Shown one piece after another: positions 20,632 to 30,811 of a DNA stretch of 64,000 nt (positions are counted from its first letter, which is position 1; every line of letters starts with the position of its first letter). Below the pieces are notes generated by a model, which saw only the letters and a program-made list of their open reading frames with translations, made no database searches and was not told where the DNA came from. Source of the stretch: Candidatus Acidiferrum sp. (GTDB lineage Bacteria > Acidobacteriota > Terriglobia > Acidiferrales > UBA7541); assembly GCA_035280065.1 (NCBI GenBank), contig DATEGO010000059.1, positions 16,888-80,887 on the forward strand, read 5' to 3'. Made by a program: the position numbers and the translations under genes.

Positions 20632-21765
20632 GTGACTCCTGACAACAAGAAACGACTCCGCGTTGGCATTCTCTTTGGCGGCCGCTCCGGCGAACATGAA
20701 GTTTCACTCGCTTCCGCCGCTTCCGTGATTCGCGGCCTCGACCCGGACAAGTACGACGCTGTGCCCATCGGCATCACCAAGGAAGGCCACTGGCTGATCG
20801 GCAACGCGGCGCAGAAAATGCTCCCCGAAGTTTTGAAGGGCGGGCAGCGCGTGATGATGACCGCGGACCCCACGGACGCCGCGCTCATTCCGCTCGACCG
20901 CAGCGGCGGCGGCCAGCGCATTGACGTGGTTTTTCCTGTCATGCACGGCACCTATGGCGAAGACGGCACGATTCAAGGCTTGCTCGACCTTGCCGGTCTG
21001 CCGTTTGTGGGCGCCGGGGTACTCGGCTCGGCCATCGGCATGGACAAAGACGTCGCCAAGCGCCTCTTGCAAGTGGCCAAGATTCCTGTTGTGCCGTGGG
21101 TAGCTGTGCAGCGCGCGGATTGGGAGGGCCATCCCAAAGAAATTCAGGCCACCCTCGAAAAGAAGTTTAAGTACCCCATGTTCGTCAAACCAGCCACGCT
21201 CGGCTCTTCGGTTGGGATGACCAAGGTCCATTCGCGCGCAGAATTGGCACCGGCCTTGACTCTTGCCGCGGAATTCGCGATGAAAATCCTCGTCGAGAAA
21301 TGCATCGTGGGGCGCGAAATCGAGGTTTCGGTGCTTGGCAACCACGATCCCAAGGCTTCGATTCCGGGCGAAATTGTTCCGCACCGTGAATTCTACGATT
21401 ACACAGCAAAGTATTTGGAAGAGGGTTCACAGATTCTCATCCCTGCGAAGCTCAAACCCGCGCAGGTGAAAACTGTTCAGAAGTACGCTGTGGAAGCTTT
21501 TCGTGCCCTGGAACTCAGCGGCATGGCCCGTGTGGATTTCTTCGTCGAAAAGAAGGCCGGCAAAATCTATCTCAACGAAGTGAACACCATTCCCGGTTTC
21601 ACTTCCATCAGCATGTATCCCAAAATGTGGGAAGCCAGCGGCATTCCGTTTCGCCAACTGATTGACAAGCTCATCGAACTCGCCCTCGAAATGCACCGCG
21701 AAAAAGCCCGCACCAAGTATGAGATTGAGCTTCCTGAGGGCGCCGCCGGTGCGTTGGAAGCCTAA
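20632..21765 (+). CDS. ddl: D-alanine--D-alanine ligase
   Basis: FGGRSGEHEVS, HGTYGEDG, KPATLGSS, FYDY, ARVDFF, NEVNTIPG. Confidence 0.95.
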   Translation: MTPDNKKRLRVGILFGGRSGEHEVSLASAASVIRGLDPDKYDAVPIGITKEGHWLIGNAAQKMLPEVLKGGQRVMMTADPTDAALIPLDRSGGGQRIDVVFPVMHGTYGEDGTIQGLLDLAGLPFVGAGVLGSAIGMDKDVAKRLLQVAKIPVVPWVAVQRADWEGHPKEIQATLEKKFKYPMFVKPATLGSSVGMTKVHSRAELAPALTLAAEFAMKILVEKCIVGREIEVSVLGNHDPKASIPGEIVPHREFYDYTAKYLEEGSQILIPAKLKPAQVKTVQKYAVEAFRALELSGMARVDFFVEKKAGKIYLNEVNTIPGFTSISMYPKMWEASGIPFRQLIDKLIELALEMHREKARTKYEIELPEGAAGALEA

Positions 21766-21878
21766 ACCGCAAAGCTGGAACTTCACTGAAATCGCGTATC
21801 ATGTCAACATACAAGGACGGAAACTAGTCAGCCGTCGGTTTCGTATCTCCACTCAAAAGCACTCTAATCTGGAGAGCG

Positions 21879-22535
21879 ATGTCTGAACTCACTCAGTCAT
21901 CTCCACTGGCAGCGGCTATCCCGCGGCGCCGATCGCGCCTGGCTGCTCCACTCTGGTGGCTCATGCTGTTGTCCAGCCTCGCCGTCGTTCTGTACTCGAC
22001 CACTTATTTTCTTGGCACGCCCGGCGACAAGCATTTCTCGCGGTACGTTTTCCTGCTTCGCTTGCACATTGCGGGAGGGATGGGCGCGCTTCTGGCAGGT
22101 CCCTGGCAGTTTGCTGAGAAGTTGCGTGTGCGCGCGCTTAACCTGCACCGCTGGCTAGGGCGCTTTTACTTATTGGAGGTGGCGCTCGGATCGATCGCAG
22201 GCTTCGCTATGGCACTGGTCTCTGAGGAAGGCCTGCCAACGCACCTCGGCTTCGGCATGCTGGCGGTATTGTGGTTTTTTACCGGCCTGCAAGCCTACCG
22301 TGCGGTGCGGAGCGGAAACATCGTGGCACACCGTCAATGGATGATTCGTAACTTCGCTTTGACTCTCGCCGCTGTCACTCTGCGGAATTACATGCCCCTT
22401 ATACTGTTCGTCCTGCACTGGCCCTTCCGGCCGGCCTATATCTGTGTGTCCTGGCTGTGCTGGGTTCCGAACCTCCTGGTAGCGGAATGGCTCATCCGTC
22501 GAGAACGTCCTGTGCTCAACGTAAGTAATTCCTAA
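21879..22535 (+). CDS. DUF2306-like membrane protein
   Basis: LHIAGG, LHRWLGRFY, HRQWMIRNFALT, WLCWVPN. Confidence 0.8.
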   Translation: MSELTQSSPLAAAIPRRRSRLAAPLWWLMLLSSLAVVLYSTTYFLGTPGDKHFSRYVFLLRLHIAGGMGALLAGPWQFAEKLRVRALNLHRWLGRFYLLEVALGSIAGFAMALVSEEGLPTHLGFGMLAVLWFFTGLQAYRAVRSGNIVAHRQWMIRNFALTLAAVTLRNYMPLILFVLHWPFRPAYICVSWLCWVPNLLVAEWLIRRERPVLNVSNS

Positions 22536-22679
22536 TTGTGTTGAGCTCGTCCACTCATCGCCAGCCATTTACTCACGCTGCGAATTTTTGTAAGGTTTTA
22601 GTGTTGCTCGAATGCGCAGAGATTTCCCAAACGAATTGCGGAACTTGATTCTGACGCTCGCGGGACAGGAGAAAACTGA

Positions 22680-23123
22680 ATGACACTGCTGGATCCACCT
22701 CCCGTTAAACCGCAAAGGTCACGAGCCATACCATTCACTGTGGCTACGGTTGCCGTCGCCGCAATCGTCCTCTTGTATCTCGTTTTCCGTTATTATCCCG
22801 AAAAGAAAGCTGCGGAACGATTCTTCGACACGCTGGTTGCCGGTAACATGGACCTTGCGTATCAACTCTGGAAGCCAGGTCAGAGCTATACCAAGAAGGA
22901 TTTTCTGGCGGATTGGGGCCCCGAAGGCTACTACGGCCCCGTTAAGAGCTACGAAATCCTGAAGACTAGCTCGCCGCACGGCGCCAATGATGTGGATGTT
23001 GAAGTGGCTGTTAGTCCGTTTTCGCCCATGCCCCAGCCGGGTGACGCGGAAAAAAGCCGCAAGACCAAAGTAGTTAGCGTTCGAGTTGCCACGAGCGACA
23101 AACATCTTGGCTTTCCGCCGTAG
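22680..23123 (+). CDS. Single-TM hypothetical protein
   Basis: AGGAG RBS, N-terminal anchor, soluble NTF2-like pattern (AERFFDTL...AYQLW). Confidence 0.7.
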   Translation: MTLLDPPPVKPQRSRAIPFTVATVAVAAIVLLYLVFRYYPEKKAAERFFDTLVAGNMDLAYQLWKPGQSYTKKDFLADWGPEGYYGPVKSYEILKTSSPHGANDVDVEVAVSPFSPMPQPGDAEKSRKTKVVSVRVATSDKHLGFPP

Positions 23124-23128
23124 CGTAG

Positions 23129-24205
23129 CTAGAGCGCTGCTTGTCCGCGGATGTCATCTAGCGCGTACTCCAATTCCTTAGGCGAAACACTCGCCGTGCC
23201 CAGCTTTCCGACCACCACGCCGGCGGCTATGTTGGCGAGGATCGCGGCGTCCACAATGGACGCGCCTGCAGCCGCGGCAAGCGCAAGGACGCTCAAAACC
23301 GTGTCCCCCGCTCCCGTCACGTCAAAAACCTGGCGGCCCGTCGCACCGCGCTCGATTCCCGCCTGGCCGACACGGGAATAAGTCACTTCAAAACCTGTCG
23401 CCGGAATGTGCATGTGCCCCGCGGACGATTCCTCAAAAATGCTCATTCCCTTTTCCCCGCGCGTGATTACCACCGCCCCGCAACCAAACGTCGCCAGAAG
23501 CGCGCGGCCCGCCTCCTCCACGGATTTTTCGTCGGCAAGCGATTGATTTACCAGCAAACCTGCTTCCTTCGCATTGCAGGTGACGGCTCGCGCACCTCGG
23601 TACGCATACAACCGTCTGGTCTTCAGGCCTACAAAGACCGGAACCTTTAACTGCTGCGCCGCGCTAAGCACACGATCGGCAAAGTCGTCAGTGACTAGAC
23701 CTTTGTCGTAATCGGAAAGCACTAACGCGTCAAGCTGTTTCAGTGCTCTAATGACGTGCCGCAATAGCTTTTCCCGCGTTTCGGGACGCAGCGGCTCCCG
23801 CCGCTCCCGGTCCACCCGTACGACTTGCTGGTGCCGAGCGATGATGCGCGTCTTCACTGTTGTTAAGCGTTTCGTTTCTGTAATGACGCCCTTGTCCCCT
23901 ATCTTCGCTTCCTGCAGGCACTGCTGCATCGCACGGCCTGCCTCGTCGCTCCCGAGCACTCCAAATGCCTCGACCTTTGCCCCAAGCGCGGCAATGTTGG
24001 CAGCGACGTTCCCCGCGCCCCCCAGGCACTCGTTCTGTTCGACAAAATCCACCACCGGCACAGCCGCTTCCGGGGACAGTCGAGAAGCCGTTCCCCACAA
24101 GTAGCGGTCGAGCATCATGTCTCCGAGGACACCAATTCTCTTGCCGCGCAACCACGGGAGCAGCCGTTTTAACCGGGGCACGGAATGGGCGAGAAGAGTG
24201 GTCAT
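23129..24205 (-). CDS. rfaE1: D-glycero-beta-D-manno-heptose-7-phosphate kinase (RfaE/HldE domain I)
   Basis: GDMMLDRY, RLSPEAAVPV, GGAGNVAAN, SDYDKG, VFDVTGAGDT. Confidence 0.9.
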   Translation of the reverse strand: MTTLLAHSVPRLKRLLPWLRGKRIGVLGDMMLDRYLWGTASRLSPEAAVPVVDFVEQNECLGGAGNVAANIAALGAKVEAFGVLGSDEAGRAMQQCLQEAKIGDKGVITETKRLTTVKTRIIARHQQVVRVDRERREPLRPETREKLLRHVIRALKQLDALVLSDYDKGLVTDDFADRVLSAAQQLKVPVFVGLKTRRLYAYRGARAVTCNAKEAGLLVNQSLADEKSVEEAGRALLATFGCGAVVITRGEKGMSIFEESSAGHMHIPATGFEVTYSRVGQAGIERGATGRQVFDVTGAGDTVLSVLALAAAAGASIVDAAILANIAAGVVVGKLGTASVSPKELEYALDDIRGQAAL

Positions 24206-24225
24206 GCGAGCTGGGCGGACTCTAG

Positions 24226-24411
24226 CTACGTGTTCTGATTCTCCTCCATGATGACGGCTTCTTCGGGCAGCATCACTGGAATTTCATCGCGAATCGGATA
24301 CACACGCCGGCAGGAGACACATTTTAACCCGGATTCGTCCGGCAAGAGTTCTATGCGGGTCCTACACACCGGGCAGACCAGAATGTCGAGAGCGTATTTG
24401 GGAATCGTCAA
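24226..24411 (-). CDS. Trm112/YcaR family protein
   Basis: LDILVCPVC...LKCVSCRRVYPIRDEIPVML; GGAGG RBS before TTG. Confidence 0.88.
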   Translation of the reverse strand: MTIPKYALDILVCPVCRTRIELLPDESGLKCVSCRRVYPIRDEIPVMLPEEAVIMEENQNT

Positions 24412-24680
24412 GATTCCTCCTCCAGGCTGGCCAACGATTACAGCAAACAGGCACTCTACCAAACGCCTCGGATGCTCAGCAACTCGTCGCTGATCAAGTC
24501 CGTTCCCGAAGCCTGCGCGTGCTCGCGGCAGACAACTTCAAATCAACTCTTGGATGCAACTTTTGTACAAGAGAGCACGACCGCACCAAAACTGACCCTC
24601 GGGCCAGTGGTTTTTTGCGGCGCCCCTCCAGTAGACTGGCTCCGAGTTAGTTCGAATCCCCTCCCCACGGGAGAACGACT

Positions 24681-25289
24681 GTGTACTGCGATCGTTGTGG
24701 ACTGAATTTCCTGCCCAAACAGTCCGTGTGCACTCGCTGTAAGAAAGTGCCCACGCGGTACTGGTTTCAATTCATGAGCTTGGTCACCATTCTGGTGGCC
24801 GTCCTTTGCAACACCGTGCTCGGACTCTTCCTGCTGCCCCGACTCGCCAACGCGCACCACGGAAGGCTCCTGTTTCGTGGATGGTCCTGGTTCAACCAGC
24901 AGGCCGCGTTTTACGGATGGGTGCCCCTGGCGCTGGGCCTCCTTGCCTGGGACTGCTTCGTGTGGAAGGAAGGTCGGACCAAAGTGAAGGGATGGTTTAC
25001 TCGGAAGCTGCTCACATTCTCGCTCGCCGCCGGTGTCGCGCCGATGATCCCGTGGTGGATTCCAGCGGGGCAGCCTCCTGGCCAATTCCTTTCCATGATT
25101 GGCCGCTATCAGGGCTTGCCTATCTTGCTGGCCTGGAGCGTGGTCCTGGTGGTGACCATCATTTTGTGCATTGACGCTGAGTCCCGCGACTATCTGCTTG
25201 GCCATGGGCGAACCCTAAGCATTGTCAGTACCGGAATGCTTGTCTTGGTCCTCGCCATGACCCTGATTGGCTGGTCGCTCACTTACTGA
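24681..25289 (+). CDS. Membrane protein with N-terminal zinc ribbon
   Basis: YCDRC...CTRC then about 5 TM helices. Confidence 0.7.
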   Translation: MYCDRCGLNFLPKQSVCTRCKKVPTRYWFQFMSLVTILVAVLCNTVLGLFLLPRLANAHHGRLLFRGWSWFNQQAAFYGWVPLALGLLAWDCFVWKEGRTKVKGWFTRKLLTFSLAAGVAPMIPWWIPAGQPPGQFLSMIGRYQGLPILLAWSVVLVVTIILCIDAESRDYLLGHGRTLSIVSTGMLVLVLAMTLIGWSLTY

Positions 25290-25410
25290 GCGCCAGGCAA
25301 ATCCTATTTTTCACTGGCCATTCGAACAGGATACTCGCAGAAAACACACCTCTGCGGGAGCTATTGCCGCCCAAGCCTGGGCAAGGTCCAATGGAGCTAA
25401 CGGAGTAACT

Positions 25411-26394
25411 ATGAAAATCAAAAGGCTCCAGTTCCTTCTCATTGTCTTGGCGTTGACTCTTTTTGCAGGGAGTTCCTTCGGGCAGGATAGAGTCTTCAAC
25501 TGGCTTCCCGCCAATGACGAGACCGTGCGGCTCGATCCCGCGAACTATCACACTGGCCGCACCTATCATCCGAACGCCGTTGGCCAAAACAATCACGTGG
25601 ATATCAAGGCGCAGAAGCCGGTCACTATCTTTATGACGCCCGAAACGGATTGGAACGCGGCCCTGCAACATCCCGAAGCCATTACGAGTCTGACGCAGGT
25701 GTGCCTGCGCGAGCACGTTGTGAACACCACGTACGTCTGCGATCTGCCGGTTGAACCCATGACGCTCATCATCCGCGACGAGCGTTACAGTCCGGGGACG
25801 CCGGTGTTTACCGGACTCGGAGTCGTGCTCAATACGATGGAAGGTACTCAAAACAATGTCGTTCGTGAAGTGGGTTCAGGAATCGCCGCGGTCCTAAACA
25901 GCGCGCGTCAGGCTTCCTCGCCGCGGCAATTCAAGGACCCCAACGATGTGCATATCCAATATTACCGCTGGGATTGCGTCGAGAACTGCGTGCAGCCTGA
26001 GTTCCGCTGGATGGAACAGGTCAAGGAGAAATACAAGCTCACGTCCTTCTTGAAAGTGTATGGCGGCTTCCAGGCGGATCACGACGGCGAGCAGGTTAGC
26101 ATTAAAATCAAGTCCCCTGTCCCCATGTTAGTAGCCATGGTTCCGTCGCAAGTTGCGGATCAGTTTCACTCGCAACCGGGTGCGCTTGAGGCCGCGCTTC
26201 AAAGAAATGCCTGCCAGCAACGCGGCGTTCAATCTCTGGAATTTCAATGCACGTTCAATCTGGCTGACGGACCGCAGTCTCTCGTAGTGGCGCCAGAAGC
26301 TGGCGAAAGAGTGCCTCACAAAAATACGGAAGTCCTGATGCTTGCCTGGCAGTGCGTCGAGAATTGCCAGCTATTGCAAACCGCCAAGCAATGA
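25411..26394 (+). CDS. Exported protein made of two tandem homologous Cys-containing domains
   Basis: Signal peptide; both halves end in W(D/Q)CVENC; GGAG RBS. Confidence 0.75.
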   Translation: MKIKRLQFLLIVLALTLFAGSSFGQDRVFNWLPANDETVRLDPANYHTGRTYHPNAVGQNNHVDIKAQKPVTIFMTPETDWNAALQHPEAITSLTQVCLREHVVNTTYVCDLPVEPMTLIIRDERYSPGTPVFTGLGVVLNTMEGTQNNVVREVGSGIAAVLNSARQASSPRQFKDPNDVHIQYYRWDCVENCVQPEFRWMEQVKEKYKLTSFLKVYGGFQADHDGEQVSIKIKSPVPMLVAMVPSQVADQFHSQPGALEAALQRNACQQRGVQSLEFQCTFNLADGPQSLVVAPEAGERVPHKNTEVLMLAWQCVENCQLLQTAKQ

Positions 26395-26411
26395 CAGGCA
26401 GAGACTCTTAA

Positions 26412-27479
26412 TCACTTGTGGATGGGAAGCAGGTCCCAGATTCCGGCATCCTCCGTGCCGAGAACCCACGAAGCAAAGCCTCGTAGCCCGCGGTCTTTCA
26501 CAAGCGAATAGCGCTCTTTGAAAGTGCGCGTGTCTGTATAGAAAATCCACTCGCGCTCATCATCCCGATAAAAGTACAGCCACGCGGTCCGGTCCACCGG
26601 ATCCCATTGCGGCTCTCCGCCGTAGGCTTTGGCCAGATTGAGCGCGTCATCGGTCGAAATATAGTCGGCTGTGGGATTGGGCTTGTCGCCGCTTTTGTCC
26701 GGCGGCTTGGTCGGAGTTCCCGCGAACCAGTGATAGCCATACAAAGGAATTCCAAGCGCGAGCTTCTGCGGCGGGACCACCCTTAGCGCGTAATCCAGAT
26801 TGGCGACGGTCCAGTTCCATCCAGCAACCGGGCCAGGAACGGTCCATGTCGTGTGCTGGTCGTAAGTCATCAGGCAGAGAAAATCTACCGCCTGCGAAAT
26901 GGCTTTTAAGTCGTATGCGCCCCGCCAATTCTGATAGATCCACGCGGAGAATCCTGTCTCGCCGGGATGGCCCGGTGCGTTCGGAATCGTGGCAATGGAA
27001 AGTTGCAGCCCCTCTTTGTGAAAAGCTGCCGCTGTTTCGCGAACGAAGTCGGAAAGCGCATCGCGGTCGACCCAATTCACGTTTTCCAGGTCCAACTGAA
27101 AACCGAGGTAGCCGTTCTCTTTGCTGGCCTGCGCCATCGCAGCGATGGCCTGCTGCTTTGCGACGGCGTTCGCGAAAAAATCGTGCACCGCTTCCTGCGC
27201 GAAACCGGCGTTGACTACTAACGGCATCACCGAAACACGATGCTGCCGAGCCATTTCCAGCACCTGTGGATTGGGACCGCCCGAAACCAAGCCGCTCGAA
27301 TCCAACGAGTACCAGTTAGGCGAAAGAATATCCACTTTGTCCGCATGCGCCAGAAACGAGCGCACCGATTGCGGCTCTCGCGTCATATAGAAAATGGATT
27401 TTGGTTGTTGGGCGCGAATAGGCATTGCAGCAAGGAACAATGTTGCGAAAGTGGCAAACAGTATTTGTGGTCGTTTCAT
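26412..27479 (-). CDS. GH18 glycoside hydrolase (chitinase/spore cortex-lytic-like)
   Basis: Signal peptide, GFQLDLE (DxE), LMTYD, LGIPLYG, SWVLG. Confidence 0.85.
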   Translation of the reverse strand: MKRPQILFATFATLFLAAMPIRAQQPKSIFYMTREPQSVRSFLAHADKVDILSPNWYSLDSSGLVSGGPNPQVLEMARQHRVSVMPLVVNAGFAQEAVHDFFANAVAKQQAIAAMAQASKENGYLGFQLDLENVNWVDRDALSDFVRETAAAFHKEGLQLSIATIPNAPGHPGETGFSAWIYQNWRGAYDLKAISQAVDFLCLMTYDQHTTWTVPGPVAGWNWTVANLDYALRVVPPQKLALGIPLYGYHWFAGTPTKPPDKSGDKPNPTADYISTDDALNLAKAYGGEPQWDPVDRTAWLYFYRDDEREWIFYTDTRTFKERYSLVKDRGLRGFASWVLGTEDAGIWDLLPIHK

Positions 27480-27559
27480 TGGCGCAGTCTAGCGAGTCCT
27501 AGGCGTCTCACGCAACAATGTGCCAATCCTTTTAGGGCGCTTTTCAGCTTCGCGCAACC

Positions 27560-27945
27560 TCCACCCTCCACGGCGACCGTTCGGGCGCAATGGGCAAGCG
27601 CTTCGAGCGCCCAAGCAGTGGTCTTGTCCGTGTGGCAGGAAGTGCAGGGGTTCGGAATCTGATACATGTCAGCCATGGCGGGCGACCGTACGCCAAACGT
27701 GTGGGCGCGTACCTTAACGCCCCGAGCGTGGTCTCGATCTTCGGCATGTGACACGCCACGCACTGGCTCCCGGTCGAGCCTTTCTTGTGGTGCGTGTGTT
27801 CCTCCAGCGTGGTTGTGTGCGGGCCATTGGGTGAGAGCGGCCCGCGGCAATCCAGGCAGAGTTGGTCGGCCGGTTTGCGAAGTTGCGCGTAGTTGCCGGT
27901 ACCACGAACATCGTGGCACGAAAAACACGTGATCCCCGCCGGAAC
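27560..27945 (-). pseudogene. Remnant of a multiheme cytochrome c C-terminus
   Basis: CFSCH, CLDCR (degenerate), CVACHMP in one frame, then a frameshift to VRAHTF...PNPCTSCH; no N-terminus. Confidence 0.8.
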
Positions 27946-28031
27946 ATCAGGCTCTGGACAAAATCGTTTGTCGCCAAGCCTACCTAGTCGAGGCATAATG
28001 TCAATCGCCGAGGCGGATGCGGGAGAAGCTC

Positions 28032-29642
28032 ATGAGCGAAAAACCAAAAGAAGAGAAAAACGAAAAAACAGCCGGAACGGCAGGCAACAGAGGAACCGAA
28101 AAGAAGGAACTGACACGCCGAAGATTTCTGAGCGACGTTGCCGCCAGCAGCGCAGCCGCCGCTTTCGTCCCGAGACATGTTTTAGGGCGAGGTTTCACTC
28201 CGCCTAGTGACATGCTCAACATCGCCGGTGTCGGCATCGGTGGCATGGGCCGCCAGAACTTGATCAACCTTTCCAGCCAGAACATTGTCGCCCTGTGCGA
28301 CGTGGACTGGGGCTACGCGGACAAGGGTTTCGAGCGACTCGACACCGACATCCAAAGATTGCGCGATCGCATTGCTAATCCCAGCGCATCACCCCAGGCG
28401 GGTCAATCGCAAGCGCCGTTTGATGTCGCGAAGGCCAAAGTGCGCCTGGACAACATGATCCGCCTCAAGAACGAGCACATTCCGAAAGCCAAGCGCTACA
28501 ACGATTTTCGCGAGATGCTCGAAAAACAGAAGGACATTGACGCGGTCCTGGTCGCCACCGCCGACCACATGCATGCTCCCATCGCTCTCGCCGCCATGGA
28601 GCTTCACAAACACGTTTACGTGCAAAAGCCGCTCACCTGGTCCGTCGAAGAAGCTCGCAAGATGGCGCGCACCGCGAAAGAAACCAAAGTCGCCACACAG
28701 ATGGGGAATCAGGGCCATTCCCTCGACGATGCGCGCACAGCTGTCGAATACATTTGGGCAGGCGCCATCGGCGACGTTCGCGAAATCCACATTTGGACCA
28801 ATCGCCCTCTGGGCTTTTGGCCGCAAGGCATTCCCCGCCCCGAGGCACTCAAAGAACCTGTCGACAAACTTCGCTGGAACGGCCAGGGCGTAAATGAGCG
28901 CCTCGCTGCGGCGATGGCCGGCAACTATCCCGTGCCTGAAACGCTCTCTTGGAATCTTTTTCTTGGCGCAGCTGCACCGAACATCGACTATCACCCCATC
29001 TACCATCCCTTCAACTGGCGCGGCTGGGTGGATTGGGGCGTTGGCGCCATCGGCGACATGGGCGCCCACTTGATTGACCACTCGATGTGGGCTCTGAATC
29101 TCGGAATGCCCGTGAGCGTCGAGACGATATCAACCCCCTTCAACGGCGCGACGTATCCACATGCCACGATGACGTTCTATGAATTTCCCGCGCGCGGACC
29201 TCTGCCGCCCGTGAAGCTCACCTGGTACGACGGCGGCTTGAAACCCAACACGCCCGAAGAACTCGGCGACGAAGAGCTAAGTCAGGAAGGCGGCGCGTTG
29301 CTCATCGGCAGCAAAGGCAAGCTGCTCCACGAAACCTACGGCGCACATCCGCGCCTTCTGCCTAAGTCGCTGCACCATTCCTTTCGCAAGCCACCACAGA
29401 AGCTTCCGCGCATTCCCGGCGAAGCTCACGAAATGAATTGGGTGGACACATGCAAGGGCAAGACCGAAGCTTCCTGCCCGTTCGAATACGCCGCGCGCCT
29501 CACCGAGGTAATGCTGCTCGGCATCGTCGCGCTAAAAGCCGGCAAAAAGATTTCCTACGACGGCCCCAACATGCGCGTCACCAATCTGCCACAGGCTAAC
29601 GATTACCTTCGCCGCGAGTATCGCCAGGGCTGGTCCGTCTAA
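28032..29642 (+). CDS. Tat-exported Gfo/Idh/MocA oxidoreductase
   Basis: LTRRRFL Tat motif, GIGGMG, ATADHMH, HVYVQKP, QMGNQG, GDMGAH. Confidence 0.9.
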   Translation: MSEKPKEEKNEKTAGTAGNRGTEKKELTRRRFLSDVAASSAAAAFVPRHVLGRGFTPPSDMLNIAGVGIGGMGRQNLINLSSQNIVALCDVDWGYADKGFERLDTDIQRLRDRIANPSASPQAGQSQAPFDVAKAKVRLDNMIRLKNEHIPKAKRYNDFREMLEKQKDIDAVLVATADHMHAPIALAAMELHKHVYVQKPLTWSVEEARKMARTAKETKVATQMGNQGHSLDDARTAVEYIWAGAIGDVREIHIWTNRPLGFWPQGIPRPEALKEPVDKLRWNGQGVNERLAAAMAGNYPVPETLSWNLFLGAAAPNIDYHPIYHPFNWRGWVDWGVGAIGDMGAHLIDHSMWALNLGMPVSVETISTPFNGATYPHATMTFYEFPARGPLPPVKLTWYDGGLKPNTPEELGDEELSQEGGALLIGSKGKLLHETYGAHPRLLPKSLHHSFRKPPQKLPRIPGEAHEMNWVDTCKGKTEASCPFEYAARLTEVMLLGIVALKAGKKISYDGPNMRVTNLPQANDYLRREYRQGWSV

Positions 29643-29729
29643 AGCCCCAATCGGCGACAATCCATAAAGGTCGTCATCTGGCGAAGAGCGGTCTTCCTGA
29701 GTCAGCGTGCTTAGAACCCTCGCGGGGCC

Positions 29730-30743
29730 TCAGCGCCGTACGGCCCATGCTATTCCATCCGGACCCGCCCCAGTGGGAATGCGTGCGCTGACTTCGAGAG
29801 TCTTTAGATCGAGGACCGCGACGTATTTCTCGCCCGCCACTGCAACGTATGCATGTGCGCCGTCGGGAGAAATCAAGACGCCTTCCGGCTGACGTCCAAG
29901 ATTCAGCCGCTTAATCACTTTGCGCGACGCGGCATCAACAACGACCAACGCATTGTTCCCCAAGTCCGAAATTAGAACCAACTTCCCATCAAGCGTGAAC
30001 TTGAGCCGGTTGGAACGATTTGTCTGCACGTCCAAAGTCTGCACAAATTTTTTTGCGCCTACGTCAATGACGGACACCGTGCCATCCGCCGAATTCGCCG
30101 CCCAGTACTCGCGGCCGTCGGGCGAAATGTCGCCTCCTTCCGGCCCTTTCCCGACAGAAACATTCGTAGCATTCCAAACCGAGGGATCCGAGCCACGCTG
30201 GAGCAGGGTGATCGAGTCCGAGCCAATATTCGAAGTGAAAAGCAGCGACCGGTCTTTCGAAAACAGAAGCATGTGCGTGCCGTTCTGGCCGATGCCGAGC
30301 AGCCAATCGATTTGGTTCGCGGCAGGATAGTAGCGCGCGATCAGCCTGTTTTGCTCGGCGGTGAACCACACTTTGCCCTCGGCGAAAGTGATTCCGTGCG
30401 GCCGACGCAGCGCGCCCAGGTCCACGCGTCGCAACTCCTTCTGCGCCACCAAATCCATCACTGAAATCGTGTTGCCCGGAGTGCGCCCTCCGTAGTTCGC
30501 GACGAACGCCATTTTCCCATCGTCCGAAGCGGCAATTTCGTGCGGCCCTTCGCCCGTGTGAATCTGCGCCACCGTCTTCAGCGTCCCCGGATCGATAATT
30601 GAAAGCGTCGCGTCCTCTTTGTTCAGCACCAGCAGCGCCGGCGAAGGAGTCTGCGCCCAACTCGACACTGGATTCCCCAGCAGAACGAGCCCAATCAAAA
30701 AGATCGCCAACATCAGTTTCCTCAACGTGCTTTCTCGCTTCAT
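29730..30743 (-). CDS. YVTN/YncE-type beta-propeller exported protein
   Basis: Repeated TGEGPHEI / VGKGPEG / LGRQPEG / TGAGPDG blades; signal peptide. Confidence 0.85.
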   Translation of the reverse strand: MKRESTLRKLMLAIFLIGLVLLGNPVSSWAQTPSPALLVLNKEDATLSIIDPGTLKTVAQIHTGEGPHEIAASDDGKMAFVANYGGRTPGNTISVMDLVAQKELRRVDLGALRRPHGITFAEGKVWFTAEQNRLIARYYPAANQIDWLLGIGQNGTHMLLFSKDRSLLFTSNIGSDSITLLQRGSDPSVWNATNVSVGKGPEGGDISPDGREYWAANSADGTVSVIDVGAKKFVQTLDVQTNRSNRLKFTLDGKLVLISDLGNNALVVVDAASRKVIKRLNLGRQPEGVLISPDGAHAYVAVAGEKYVAVLDLKTLEVSARIPTGAGPDGIAWAVRR

Positions 30744-30811
30744 GTTGCTCTCCTCAAAAACTGGCGCAGTAAACGGATCGCGCTGTCATTGTAAGCGCAA
30801 CTCGCCACTCG

